This document shows positions 19,036-27,545 of a stretch of 64,000 nucleotides of DNA, one piece after another. Numbering within the stretch: the first letter of the stretch is position 1; the number at the start of each line of letters is the position of its first letter. The stretch spans positions 64,001 through 128,000 of the forward strand of contig JBBRNJ010000008.1 in the NCBI GenBank assembly GCA_038230375.1, given 5' to 3'. Source of the stretch: Polyangiales bacterium. Lineage in GTDB: Bacteria; Myxococcota_A; Polyangia; Polyangiales; Polyangiaceae. The notes below the pieces were generated by a model. The model was not told the origin of the DNA and ran no database searches. It worked only from the letters and a program-made list of their open reading frames with translations. The translations under genes were made by a program, and so were the position numbers.

Positions 19036-21947
19036 CAGGGGATGGCGTTCCAGACGGTTCGGATTTCTCTGGTCACCGCTAGGTAGCGACGGAGGAGGCC
19101 TTCTTGGGCGGTGCCGCGGGGGCCGTCGCGCATGCCCATTCGTCTTGCGAGGAGGGTGAGGCCGAAGGCGCCCTCGTCCAGGAGGGTGTTGCTTGTGCCC
19201 GACAGGACTCGCAGGCGTTGTTCTAGGCGGCGGAGAAAGATGTATCCTTCACGCATCGTCCCCGCGGCCACCGCTTCCATGTAGCCGCACGCCTCGAGCG
19301 CGAAGAGCGCGTTTTCGGTGTCGGTGGTGCGCACGCGCGGGTCCTTGCCGTGCTTCATCTGCAGGTACTGCACGGCGAACTCCACATCCGTGATGCCGCC
19401 ATGACCAAGCTTCAGATCGTAGCGCGCGCGTCCCTTCAGCTGACGTTCGCCTGCCAGCTGCAGCTCCATGCGCTGGCGCATCTCTGCGATCTTCTCCTTC
19501 GGCGGCGCGCCTCCCTCGTAGGCCACGCGATGGGCGACCTCGAGCACCCGTGCCCCCAGCTGCGCGTCTCCTGCCGCGAAGCGTGCCTTGAGCAGCGCTT
19601 GCCGCTCCCAGTCCTCCGCTCGTCCAACCTGGCCACCAAGGCCGTGGTAGCGCGCGAACGCATCCACGGACACGACGAGCAGGCCCTGGTTTCCGGAGGG
19701 GCGCAGCCGCGCGTCGAGCTCATAGCCCGGGCCATCGCCATGCGGCGCACCCAGGAGACGCATCACGCGCTGCGCGCTGCGCACGTACGCCTCGGCCTGT
19801 TCCTCCTCGCCCTCGTAGACGAAGAAGAGATCCAGATCGGACCCGTAGCCCAGCTCGCGTCCGCCGAGCTTACCCATCGCGATCACAGCCAGGCCACCAC
19901 CAAGCCCGCGCTCCGCAAGCACCGCCGCCGTCGCACGTTCCAGTGTGGTGTCGGCGAGCTCGGAGAGCACGAACGCCGCCTCGCGCGTGGTGAGCTCGCC
20001 GCCCAGGTCCGCAAGGCCCACCTCCAGCATCACGCGGCTCTTCGCCCGACGCAGCGCGGAGACCAGCGTATCGATCTGATCGTCCTCCGCGGATGCGGCG
20101 GCGCCTCTCGCGGCCAGCTCCTCGTCCAGGGCCGCGCGTGCATCGCCGGGGCCAGGCGCGCGCCTCAGGAAGAGCAGGCGATCCATCAGCTCTGGCTGCG
20201 CCAGCAGTGACTCGGCGAGGAACGAGCTCGCGCCGAAGAGACTCACCACGCGTCGCGTGGCGCGCCCATCCGTTGCCAGCGCGCGCGCATAGATGCTCGG
20301 GGTGACGAGCCGCGCGAAGAAGCTCGTGAGCAGGCGTGCGGCCTGCTCGGGATCCGCCGCATCCGAGATGGCGAGAAGGAGGTTCTCCGCGAACCCCGGG
20401 AACGAGTCCCGCGTCTTCGGTCCGAGCGGAAAATCCGGCCTGCGCGCGAGCACCACAAGGTGTCTTCCAAGGTCCGGGCCCGCGGCCTCGCGCATGCCGG
20501 CCGGAAGCGCCGCGAGGACCGCGGCCTCGTCGTGCTCATCCAGCGCCGCGAAGAGCTTCTGGATCGAAAGGTCAGGCGGCGTGTCCTCCGCGAGTGAGAG
20601 GGAAGCGAGCAGCTTCGAGATGGTGCCGCGCACGCGCTCGGTCTCGCGCGCCAGGGCTGCGCCGTCGGCAAGGCCCACGGAGCGCGCCACCACGTCCACG
20701 ATCTCCGGGCCGGGGAACTCGTGTGTCTGGCGCATGGTTGCAAACTGCACGCGATGCTCCAGGCGGCGGAGGAACACGTAGCCCTCGATCAGCGTGCGCA
20801 TCTCGCGCTCGGTCACGAAGCCGCGCGAGCGCAGCCTGCGCACCGCTTCGAGCGTGTTCTGCTTCCGGAGCTCCTCGTCGCGGCCGCCCCAGATCAGCTG
20901 CAACGACTGTACGAAGAACTCGGCCTCGCGGATGCCGCCCGATCCAAGCTTCAGATCCGTCTCTGGTGCGCCTTCCGCGCGTGCACGCACCACGAGCTCT
21001 GTGAGCTCGCGTGCGATATGCGGATTCACCTCGCGCCGCCACACGAACGGATGCAGCGCCGCGAGCGCGCGCATGCCGAACGCAAGATCGCCGGCGACAG
21101 GCCGCGCGCGCAGCAGCGCCGCACGCTCCCATGTGCGTCCCCAGGTCTCGTAGTAGCGCTCGAGCGCGCCAAGTGAGTTGACCAGTGGGCCGCGCGTCCC
21201 CTCCGGCCGCAGCCGCATGTCCACGCGCCACACGATCCCGTCGTCCGTCACCTCCTCCAGGGTACCGACCATGCGCTGCGTGGTGCGCGTCATGAGCTCG
21301 TGCACGGACAGGTCCGTGGCGCCCGCCGTCTCGTGGACGACCGTGCCGTCATCGCTCTCGTAGACCACGAGCAGGTCCACGTCGCTCCCAGCGTTCAGCT
21401 CACGCCCACCAAGCTTTCCCATGCCGATGACCGAGAGTCCGATCGGCGTGCCCTCCGGCGAGATCGGCCGGCCGAACCGCTTCTCCGCCCAGAGCCGCGC
21501 CTCGGACACGGCGACCTCGATGCACACCTCCGCGAGATCGGCGAGCTCGCGCGCGGTGGTGTCCACGTCCACGTCTGCATAGAGCACCTCGCGGAGCGCG
21601 ACGCGCGTCTTCTCCCGCGCGGCAAACTCCCGGAGGCGCTTGCGGACCAGCGTCGCGTTCTCCAGATCCGACAGCTGCGAGAAGAAAGCCTTCTTGTAGG
21701 TGCGAAGGTCGCGCGCGATCTTCGTGCCTCGCGCGAGCTTCTCCAGATCTTCGGCCTTGGTCGTCCGTGCGAGCTCGGGATACGCGCACGTGATCAGCGC
21801 GCCCAGGTCCCTTGCGTCGTCCGTGACGGAGGCAGCATCTGCACGCGAAAGAAATCGCGCGCGGTACCTCCCCGGGTCGGCTCGGGCCAGCGTCGTGAGC
21901 ATACGCACGGCCGGCTTCGGCCCGCCCTTGTCAGAAGCTCGGACCAT
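19035..21947 (-). CDS. glnE: Glutamine synthetase adenylyltransferase / adenylyl-removing enzyme
   Basis: Two nucleotidyltransferase domains: MGKLGGRELNAGSDVDL, MGKLGGRELGYGSDLDL, LRP.G, WER.AL; true start may be about 21902-21908. Confidence 0.93.
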   Translation of the reverse strand: MVRASDKGGPKPAVRMLTTLARADPGRYRARFLSRADAASVTDDARDLGALITCAYPELARTTKAEDLEKLARGTKIARDLRTYKKAFFSQLSDLENATLVRKRLREFAAREKTRVALREVLYADVDVDTTARELADLAEVCIEVAVSEARLWAEKRFGRPISPEGTPIGLSVIGMGKLGGRELNAGSDVDLLVVYESDDGTVVHETAGATDLSVHELMTRTTQRMVGTLEEVTDDGIVWRVDMRLRPEGTRGPLVNSLGALERYYETWGRTWERAALLRARPVAGDLAFGMRALAALHPFVWRREVNPHIARELTELVVRARAEGAPETDLKLGSGGIREAEFFVQSLQLIWGGRDEELRKQNTLEAVRRLRSRGFVTEREMRTLIEGYVFLRRLEHRVQFATMRQTHEFPGPEIVDVVARSVGLADGAALARETERVRGTISKLLASLSLAEDTPPDLSIQKLFAALDEHDEAAVLAALPAGMREAAGPDLGRHLVVLARRPDFPLGPKTRDSFPGFAENLLLAISDAADPEQAARLLTSFFARLVTPSIYARALATDGRATRRVVSLFGASSFLAESLLAQPELMDRLLFLRRAPGPGDARAALDEELAARGAAASAEDDQIDTLVSALRRAKSRVMLEVGLADLGGELTTREAAFVLSELADTTLERATAAVLAERGLGGGLAVIAMGKLGGRELGYGSDLDLFFVYEGEEEQAEAYVRSAQRVMRLLGAPHGDGPGYELDARLRPSGNQGLLVVSVDAFARYHGLGGQVGRAEDWERQALLKARFAAGDAQLGARVLEVAHRVAYEGGAPPKEKIAEMRQRMELQLAGERQLKGRARYDLKLGHGGITDVEFAVQYLQMKHGKDPRVRTTDTENALFALEACGYMEAVAAGTMREGYIFLRRLEQRLRVLSGTSNTLLDEGAFGLTLLARRMGMRDGPRGTAQEGLLRRYLAVTREIRTVWNAIP

Positions 21948-22623
21948 AGAGCCGGAACATCACGATCACGCACGAGTCGACGAGAGCGTGGGAGATAATG
22001 GCTGGCCACAGCCGCCCCCAGCGCCGCGTCATGTACCCCCACACGAGGCCCGCGCCGAGCGCTGCCGCCGGAAGCAACGGGTTCCAGCCGGCCCCGGTGC
22101 GGAGCGCGATCGCCGTGGGCAGCTGCGCGGCCGCGTAGAGCACCGCGCTGTAGATCCACGCGCGACGAGAGCCCAGCATGCCCTCGAGCAGCGCCGGTAC
22201 CACGCCGCGAAAGACCAGCTCTTCGGCGATCGCGGCGAGCGCCATGGCCACCACGACTGCGGGCACGTGGTCCTTCAGGATCTTGGGGTCGCCGATCTGC
22301 ACGTACACGCGGAGCAGCCAGCTTGCGCGGCTCGAGGTGAGCGGCATGAAGAAGTGCGTTGCCGCGAAGGCTGTGGCGAAGATGGCCAGCGCGGCCAGGA
22401 ACCCGCGCGTGAAGTCGCCGGGGCGGAACGTCACCAGCGGAATGAGCAGCTCTTCGCGATGCAACAGGTACGCGCCGACCACCCCGACGGCCAGCGTGGG
22501 CCCGATACCCAGGAGCGCCACGCGCGCCGTGCCTGCGATCTCCTCGTTGCAGGCGAGATAGCTGGCGATGGCGACAACCACCACGGTGAATCCGACGAAG
22601 CCAAGGTTCTTGAGGCGATCCAT
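21931..22623 (-). CDS. CPBP intramembrane metalloprotease
   Basis: AEELVFRG, SHALVD; multiple TM helices. Confidence 0.85.
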   Translation of the reverse strand: MDRLKNLGFVGFTVVVVAIASYLACNEEIAGTARVALLGIGPTLAVGVVGAYLLHREELLIPLVTFRPGDFTRGFLAALAIFATAFAATHFFMPLTSSRASWLLRVYVQIGDPKILKDHVPAVVVAMALAAIAEELVFRGVVPALLEGMLGSRRAWIYSAVLYAAAQLPTAIALRTGAGWNPLLPAAALGAGLVWGYMTRRWGRLWPAIISHALVDSCVIVMFRLYGPSF

Positions 22624-22636
22624 CAAAGCACCCGAT

Positions 22637-24673
22637 TCACTGCCACACGATGATCTTGGCCGCCAGCAGCAGCTCCACGGCGCGGAGCACATCACCCGCG
22701 CCCACCTGACCAGGCTTCACGGTGGAGAGGAGCAGATCGCGCAGCGACACCGCCCTGATCGTGCCCGCGACCACCGACTGAACGACGGGCGGCCAGACCA
22801 GGTGCTCCGTGAGTGGGTCCCTTGGCGTCGGGAGAAGCGTGCGATCCAGATGCGTGCGGTAGCGCTCCACCGGCGAGTCGGTGGGCTCGCGCGCCTCCAG
22901 CCCGGCCAGGATGAGCGTGGGAAGCTCTTGATCGAGCGGGAACTCCACGTGCGGCGCCTGCTGGCCGCGGTAGAAGGTGATCTTGCCCTGCTTCCAGAGG
23001 AAGAGGTCGGTCACGCGATCGCGCCCCTGCTCACGGATCGCGCGGAAGATGTCCACGGGACCGACAAGGCCGAGCGAGATGAGCGTGTCGCCCATGCGGC
23101 CGCCGTAGCGCGGGAGGACGGCGAGCGCGAGATCCAGCTCCTCGCGCGCGAGCTTGCCGCGGCGGACCAGGTACTCACCGAGGAGCTCGCTCGCGTTGCT
23201 GGATGCCACGTGGTGGAGCTTGCCACCGACGAAGTAGAGCTCCTTGCGCGCCGCGTCTCCGTGGTCGTCGCGCGCGCGCTCTGCGAAGAGCACCCCGGTC
23301 TCGCGGTTCAGAAAGACGCGTGCGAGCACGTCGGCCATGCGACCGCTTCCGTCGCCACCTGCGCCCAGGTCGTCCAGGAAGTCCGGCGCGCCAGGGCCCG
23401 ACACCTCGTTCGTGGTCGCGCCGCCCGCGGTGACCGGCGCCAGGAAGCGGGCGAGCTCCTCGATGTCGGCGAGGTCCTTCATGGGCGCGCCCATATACGA
23501 GACCTTGTCGCCCCGACCGATGGTGCCAGTCGCGAGCGCTTCCATCAGACGGGCAAACGTCCAGGGTCCGTGGCGCACGCCTTGGGTGGTCTCCACGAAC
23601 GACGGTAGGAGACCGTACTCGCCGGTCTTCTGCTCGTCCTCGTCGTCGTCGCTGGCGACGGCATCGGGTGGATGGATGCTGGAGGGCGGCGCGCCGGAGC
23701 GCGGGTCCTCCGCATTGACGGCGAGCATGGAGTCCGTGGACGTGAGCTTCTGCACACGGCGCACGTGATCGGCGAGGTCCGCGCGCGCCACCGAGCCACT
23801 CGCGGCGAAGGGGGCGAGCACGGCGGCAAACTCCGCGGCGTCCTTGTAGCGGTTCTGCGGGTCGCGAGAGAGCGCGCGCTCCACCACCTCGTAGAGGCCG
23901 GCGGGGAGCTTGCCGCGCACCTCTGCGAGCGCGCCGATGTTGCAGTCACGGATGGCGAGCAGCACGGCGAGCTGTCCGCTGCCCGGAAACAGGGGCTTCC
24001 CGAGCAGCATCTCCGCGAGCACCGTCGCGAGGCTGAAGAGGTCTGCGCGCTGGTCCGCCGTCTCACCTGCGACCTGCTCGGGCGCGAGGTAGGCGAACTT
24101 GCCCTTGATCACCTGGCCCTGCTCGCTGCGAAGCGTGATGCGTGAGAGCGACCGCGCGATGCCGAAGTCCCCGAGCTTCACGTGCCCGTCCTTCGCCAGG
24201 TAGATGTTGGAAGGCGAGATGTCGCGGTGGACGATGGTGAGCTCGCCCCCCTCTGGATCCTTCGCTGCGTGCACGGACGTGAGCGCGCGCAACACCTCCT
24301 GTGCGATCCACACGGCCACGCCCACCGGAAGGAGCAGGCTGTCCTGGCGCATGCGCCGCAGGAGGCGGTAGCCGTCCACGCCGTCCACGTATTCCATGGC
24401 CAGGTACGGCTCGCCGCTGTCGTCCACGCCGGCCTTGAAGACCTTGACGACGTTCTCGTGGCGGATGGACTGATGGAGCTTTGCCTCGCGCTCGAACATG
24501 GTCCGACCCTGGGCGTCCCGGGCGAAATGCGGCAGAAGCCGCTTCACGATCACGCGGGCGGGCATGCTCGCGTCCGCTTCGATCGGCCGCGCAAGGTAGA
24601 CCTCGGCCGTACCGCCGACGGCGATGCGCGCATCCAGATAGAAGGGGCCGAATCGGTTCGAGGGGAGGGTCAT
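22637..24673 (-). CDS. Ser/Thr kinase with C-terminal DUF4388-like domain
   Basis: HRDISPSN, DFG, GKFAYLAPE; ETGVL...ELYFVGG...LGEYLVRRG. Confidence 0.92.
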   Translation of the reverse strand: MTLPSNRFGPFYLDARIAVGGTAEVYLARPIEADASMPARVIVKRLLPHFARDAQGRTMFEREAKLHQSIRHENVVKVFKAGVDDSGEPYLAMEYVDGVDGYRLLRRMRQDSLLLPVGVAVWIAQEVLRALTSVHAAKDPEGGELTIVHRDISPSNIYLAKDGHVKLGDFGIARSLSRITLRSEQGQVIKGKFAYLAPEQVAGETADQRADLFSLATVLAEMLLGKPLFPGSGQLAVLLAIRDCNIGALAEVRGKLPAGLYEVVERALSRDPQNRYKDAAEFAAVLAPFAASGSVARADLADHVRRVQKLTSTDSMLAVNAEDPRSGAPPSSIHPPDAVASDDDEDEQKTGEYGLLPSFVETTQGVRHGPWTFARLMEALATGTIGRGDKVSYMGAPMKDLADIEELARFLAPVTAGGATTNEVSGPGAPDFLDDLGAGGDGSGRMADVLARVFLNRETGVLFAERARDDHGDAARKELYFVGGKLHHVASSNASELLGEYLVRRGKLAREELDLALAVLPRYGGRMGDTLISLGLVGPVDIFRAIREQGRDRVTDLFLWKQGKITFYRGQQAPHVEFPLDQELPTLILAGLEAREPTDSPVERYRTHLDRTLLPTPRDPLTEHLVWPPVVQSVVAGTIRAVSLRDLLLSTVKPGQVGAGDVLRAVELLLAAKIIVWQ

Positions 24674-24758
24674 CGGACGGACGAGCGACCTCACTGCACT
24701 TAGCAAAGAACGGTCTCGTTTACGAGGCACGGAAATCGTCTTATAGAACACTCGAATC

Positions 24759-26417
24759 GTGGTTCCCGTACGCGCACACCGCTCCATGTGGGCCCTCTCG
24801 GCCCTCTCGCTGTTCTCCGTGTTGTCGTTCTCTGCCTGTGAGGGCTGCAAGAGCGGCGGCTCGGTCGGGACGAACACGCCCAACAACAACGGCCAGAATG
24901 GCGTGCAGGACAGCGGGCGCCCCACGCTGCGTCTCTACCTGGTGTCGAACCTCGCGGGCGCGCTCGAGCCGTGTGGCTGCGTGAAGGACCAGCTCGGCGG
25001 GTTCGATCACTTTGCAGCGCTCGTGGAGAAGGAGCGAGGCGGCGCTGACGCGACCGCTGTCCTCACAGCGGGCCCCACGTTCTTCATGGATCCCGATCTC
25101 ACGCCCGACAAGAAGGCGCAGGACGTGACGCGCGCGGAGGCGCTCGCAGCCGCCCTGAAGCACGTGGGGCTCGTCGCGCTCGCGCCTGCGAAGAACGACT
25201 ACGCCGCAGGCAACGCGGAGCTCGACAAGCTCGTGACACTGAGCGGCGGCTCGGCGCTGTTCGCGAATCGCACCACACCTCCGTCGCCCGTGACCTCGCG
25301 CGTGTTCGAAGCGAAGGGAATCAAGGTCGGCGTGATCGGCGTGAGCGGCCTCTCGGCTGATTTCTCGGTGCCGGGCGTCACGGTCGACGCGGCCGAGAGC
25401 GCCGTGAAGGCAGAGGCAAAGAAGCTCGCGGCCGGTGGCGCCGACGCGATCGTCCTGCTCGCGAGCATGAAGCGCGGCGAGGTGAAGCGCATCGCGGACG
25501 CGGTCCCTGAGCTCACGCTCATGGTCGTGGGCGCGCCCGAGCAGCGCGGTGAAGCAAACACGAAGCCCGCCACGCCCGAGAGCGTCAACGACGTGCTCGT
25601 GGTGGAGACCGCGAATCACCTGCAGACGGTCACCATCGTGGATCTCTGGAAGCGGCCAGACGGGGGAAGGTTCGTGGACGGCACCGGCGCGACGCAGGGC
25701 ATGAAGCGCGAGGAGCTCACACGACGCATCCAGGAGCTGAAGCAGAAGATCGCGGACTGGGAGCGCGGAAGCAGCATCGCCGCCGCGGACATCGCCGCAC
25801 GCAAGGCGGACGTGAAGAAGCTCGAGGAGGAGCTCGCCGCCGTGAAGGATCCGCCGCCGCCGGAGAAGAAGAGCTTCTACCGCGTGACGTCGCGCGACAT
25901 CCGCACGGACCTTGGCGTCGACCCGAAGACGAAGGACGTCCTCGCCACGTATTACAAGAAGGTGAACGACGACAACAAGGTCGCGTTCGCGGGGCGCAAG
26001 CCAAAGCCGGCGGCCACGGGCGAGGCGTCGTACGTGGGCATCGACTCGTGCGACGGTTGCCACGAGGAGCCGGTGGACGTCTGGAAGAAGACGTCGCACT
26101 CACACGCATACAAGACGCTCGCCGACGACTTCAAGGAGTACAACCTGGACTGCGTCGGCTGCCACGTCACGGGGTACGACAAGCCCGGTGGCAGCACCGT
26201 CACCGCGGTCGGCTCCCTCAAGGACGTCCAGTGCGAGACCTGCCATGGGCCGGGCTCCATCCATGCGAAGACCAACGGCAAGACCGCGATGCCCGTGGCA
26301 AAACCGGAGTCGGCCCTCTGCGAGACCTGCCACCACCCGCCCCACGTCCACGAGTTCGACGCCAAGGCCAAGATGGAGCTTGTCCTGGGTCCCGGCCACG
26401 GTCGCCCCAAGAAGTAG
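24759..26417 (+). CDS. Tetraheme c-type cytochrome lipoprotein with UshA/metallophosphoesterase-like N-terminal domain
   Basis: Four CxxCH (CDGCH, CVGCH, CETCH, CETCH), HGPGS.H, EPCGC motif, FSAC lipobox-like. Confidence 0.88.
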   Translation: MVPVRAHRSMWALSALSLFSVLSFSACEGCKSGGSVGTNTPNNNGQNGVQDSGRPTLRLYLVSNLAGALEPCGCVKDQLGGFDHFAALVEKERGGADATAVLTAGPTFFMDPDLTPDKKAQDVTRAEALAAALKHVGLVALAPAKNDYAAGNAELDKLVTLSGGSALFANRTTPPSPVTSRVFEAKGIKVGVIGVSGLSADFSVPGVTVDAAESAVKAEAKKLAAGGADAIVLLASMKRGEVKRIADAVPELTLMVVGAPEQRGEANTKPATPESVNDVLVVETANHLQTVTIVDLWKRPDGGRFVDGTGATQGMKREELTRRIQELKQKIADWERGSSIAAADIAARKADVKKLEEELAAVKDPPPPEKKSFYRVTSRDIRTDLGVDPKTKDVLATYYKKVNDDNKVAFAGRKPKPAATGEASYVGIDSCDGCHEEPVDVWKKTSHSHAYKTLADDFKEYNLDCVGCHVTGYDKPGGSTVTAVGSLKDVQCETCHGPGSIHAKTNGKTAMPVAKPESALCETCHHPPHVHEFDAKAKMELVLGPGHGRPKK

Positions 26418-26528
26418 CCCGCACGGCGATCGCCCTGCTTTTCCCCGCTCGCCAAAGCACCGGAGCGGCACTTTTGGAAGCCTGCTCAAAGGTTGCGCGT
26501 TGGGTGTGGGTAGGAGTAGAGATTAGAC

Positions 26529-27542
26529 GTGGACCCGAAAAAACCGCAGGATCGTCCCGATCGCCGTGAGGCGCTCAAGCGCATAGGCGCGGCGGCCGGC
26601 GTGCTCGCGGGCGCGGCGGTCGGGGGCAAGTTTGCCTGGGACCATGGCGGCTTCGGCGTGGGCGAGGCAAGTGGCAGTCGCATGATGCGGAGCTACCGTG
26701 TCGCGGAGCCGGGCCAACCTGCCGACGCTGAGCTCGCCATCGCGCGCGCCGCGGGTTTCAAGGAAGGCGAAGAGATCACCGCCGAGGGCCTCGTTGCTCA
26801 CGCGCTCGCCGCCATGGGCGGCATGAAGAAGTTCGTGAAGCGCGGCGACGTCGTCGTCATCAAGCCGAACATCGGCTGGGACCGCGCGCCCATCCACGCC
26901 GCCAACACGAACCCGGACGTCGTCGCTGCCGTCATCAAGGAAGCGTTCAACGCGGGCGCGAAGAAGGTCGTCGTTGCGGACGGCTCCTGTAACGATCCGA
27001 ATCGCTGCTACCAGCGCTCCGGCATCTGGAACAAGTCGTATGCGCTCGGCGCAGAGGTCGTGCTGCCCGCGGAGCATCGCTTCCGCACCATGCGGTTGAA
27101 GGGCGAGGTCCTCGACGAGTGGCCGGTCTTCACCACGATGGTCGAGGCGGACAAGGTCATCAACGTCCCGGTCGCGAAGCACCACAACCTGGCCAAGTAC
27201 ACCGCGGCCATGAAGAACTGGTACGGCGTGCTCGGCGGCCGCAGGAACCGCCTTCACCAGAACATCGACACGTCGATCGCCGACCTCGCGACGTTCATGA
27301 GCCCCACGCTCGTCATCGTCGACGCGATGCGCGTGCTCATGCGCAACGGACCGCAGGGCGGCAACATCGACGACACGCGGGTGATGAACACGATCATCGC
27401 CTCCGTGGACCAGATCGCAGCGGACGCGCTTGGCTGCACGCTCATCGGCCAGCACCGCGACAACCTGCCCTACCTGAAGATGGGGCACGACCGCGGCCTT
27501 GGCACCATGTTCTACGAGACCCTCCGCGTGAAGGAGGTCTGA
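26529..27542 (+). CDS. DUF362 domain protein with Tat signal
   Basis: DRREALK twin-Arg; VVIKPN, TNPDVV, INVPVAKHH, MKNWYG. Confidence 0.9.
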   Translation: MDPKKPQDRPDRREALKRIGAAAGVLAGAAVGGKFAWDHGGFGVGEASGSRMMRSYRVAEPGQPADAELAIARAAGFKEGEEITAEGLVAHALAAMGGMKKFVKRGDVVVIKPNIGWDRAPIHAANTNPDVVAAVIKEAFNAGAKKVVVADGSCNDPNRCYQRSGIWNKSYALGAEVVLPAEHRFRTMRLKGEVLDEWPVFTTMVEADKVINVPVAKHHNLAKYTAAMKNWYGVLGGRRNRLHQNIDTSIADLATFMSPTLVIVDAMRVLMRNGPQGGNIDDTRVMNTIIASVDQIAADALGCTLIGQHRDNLPYLKMGHDRGLGTMFYETLRVKEV

Positions 27543-27545
27543 GCC

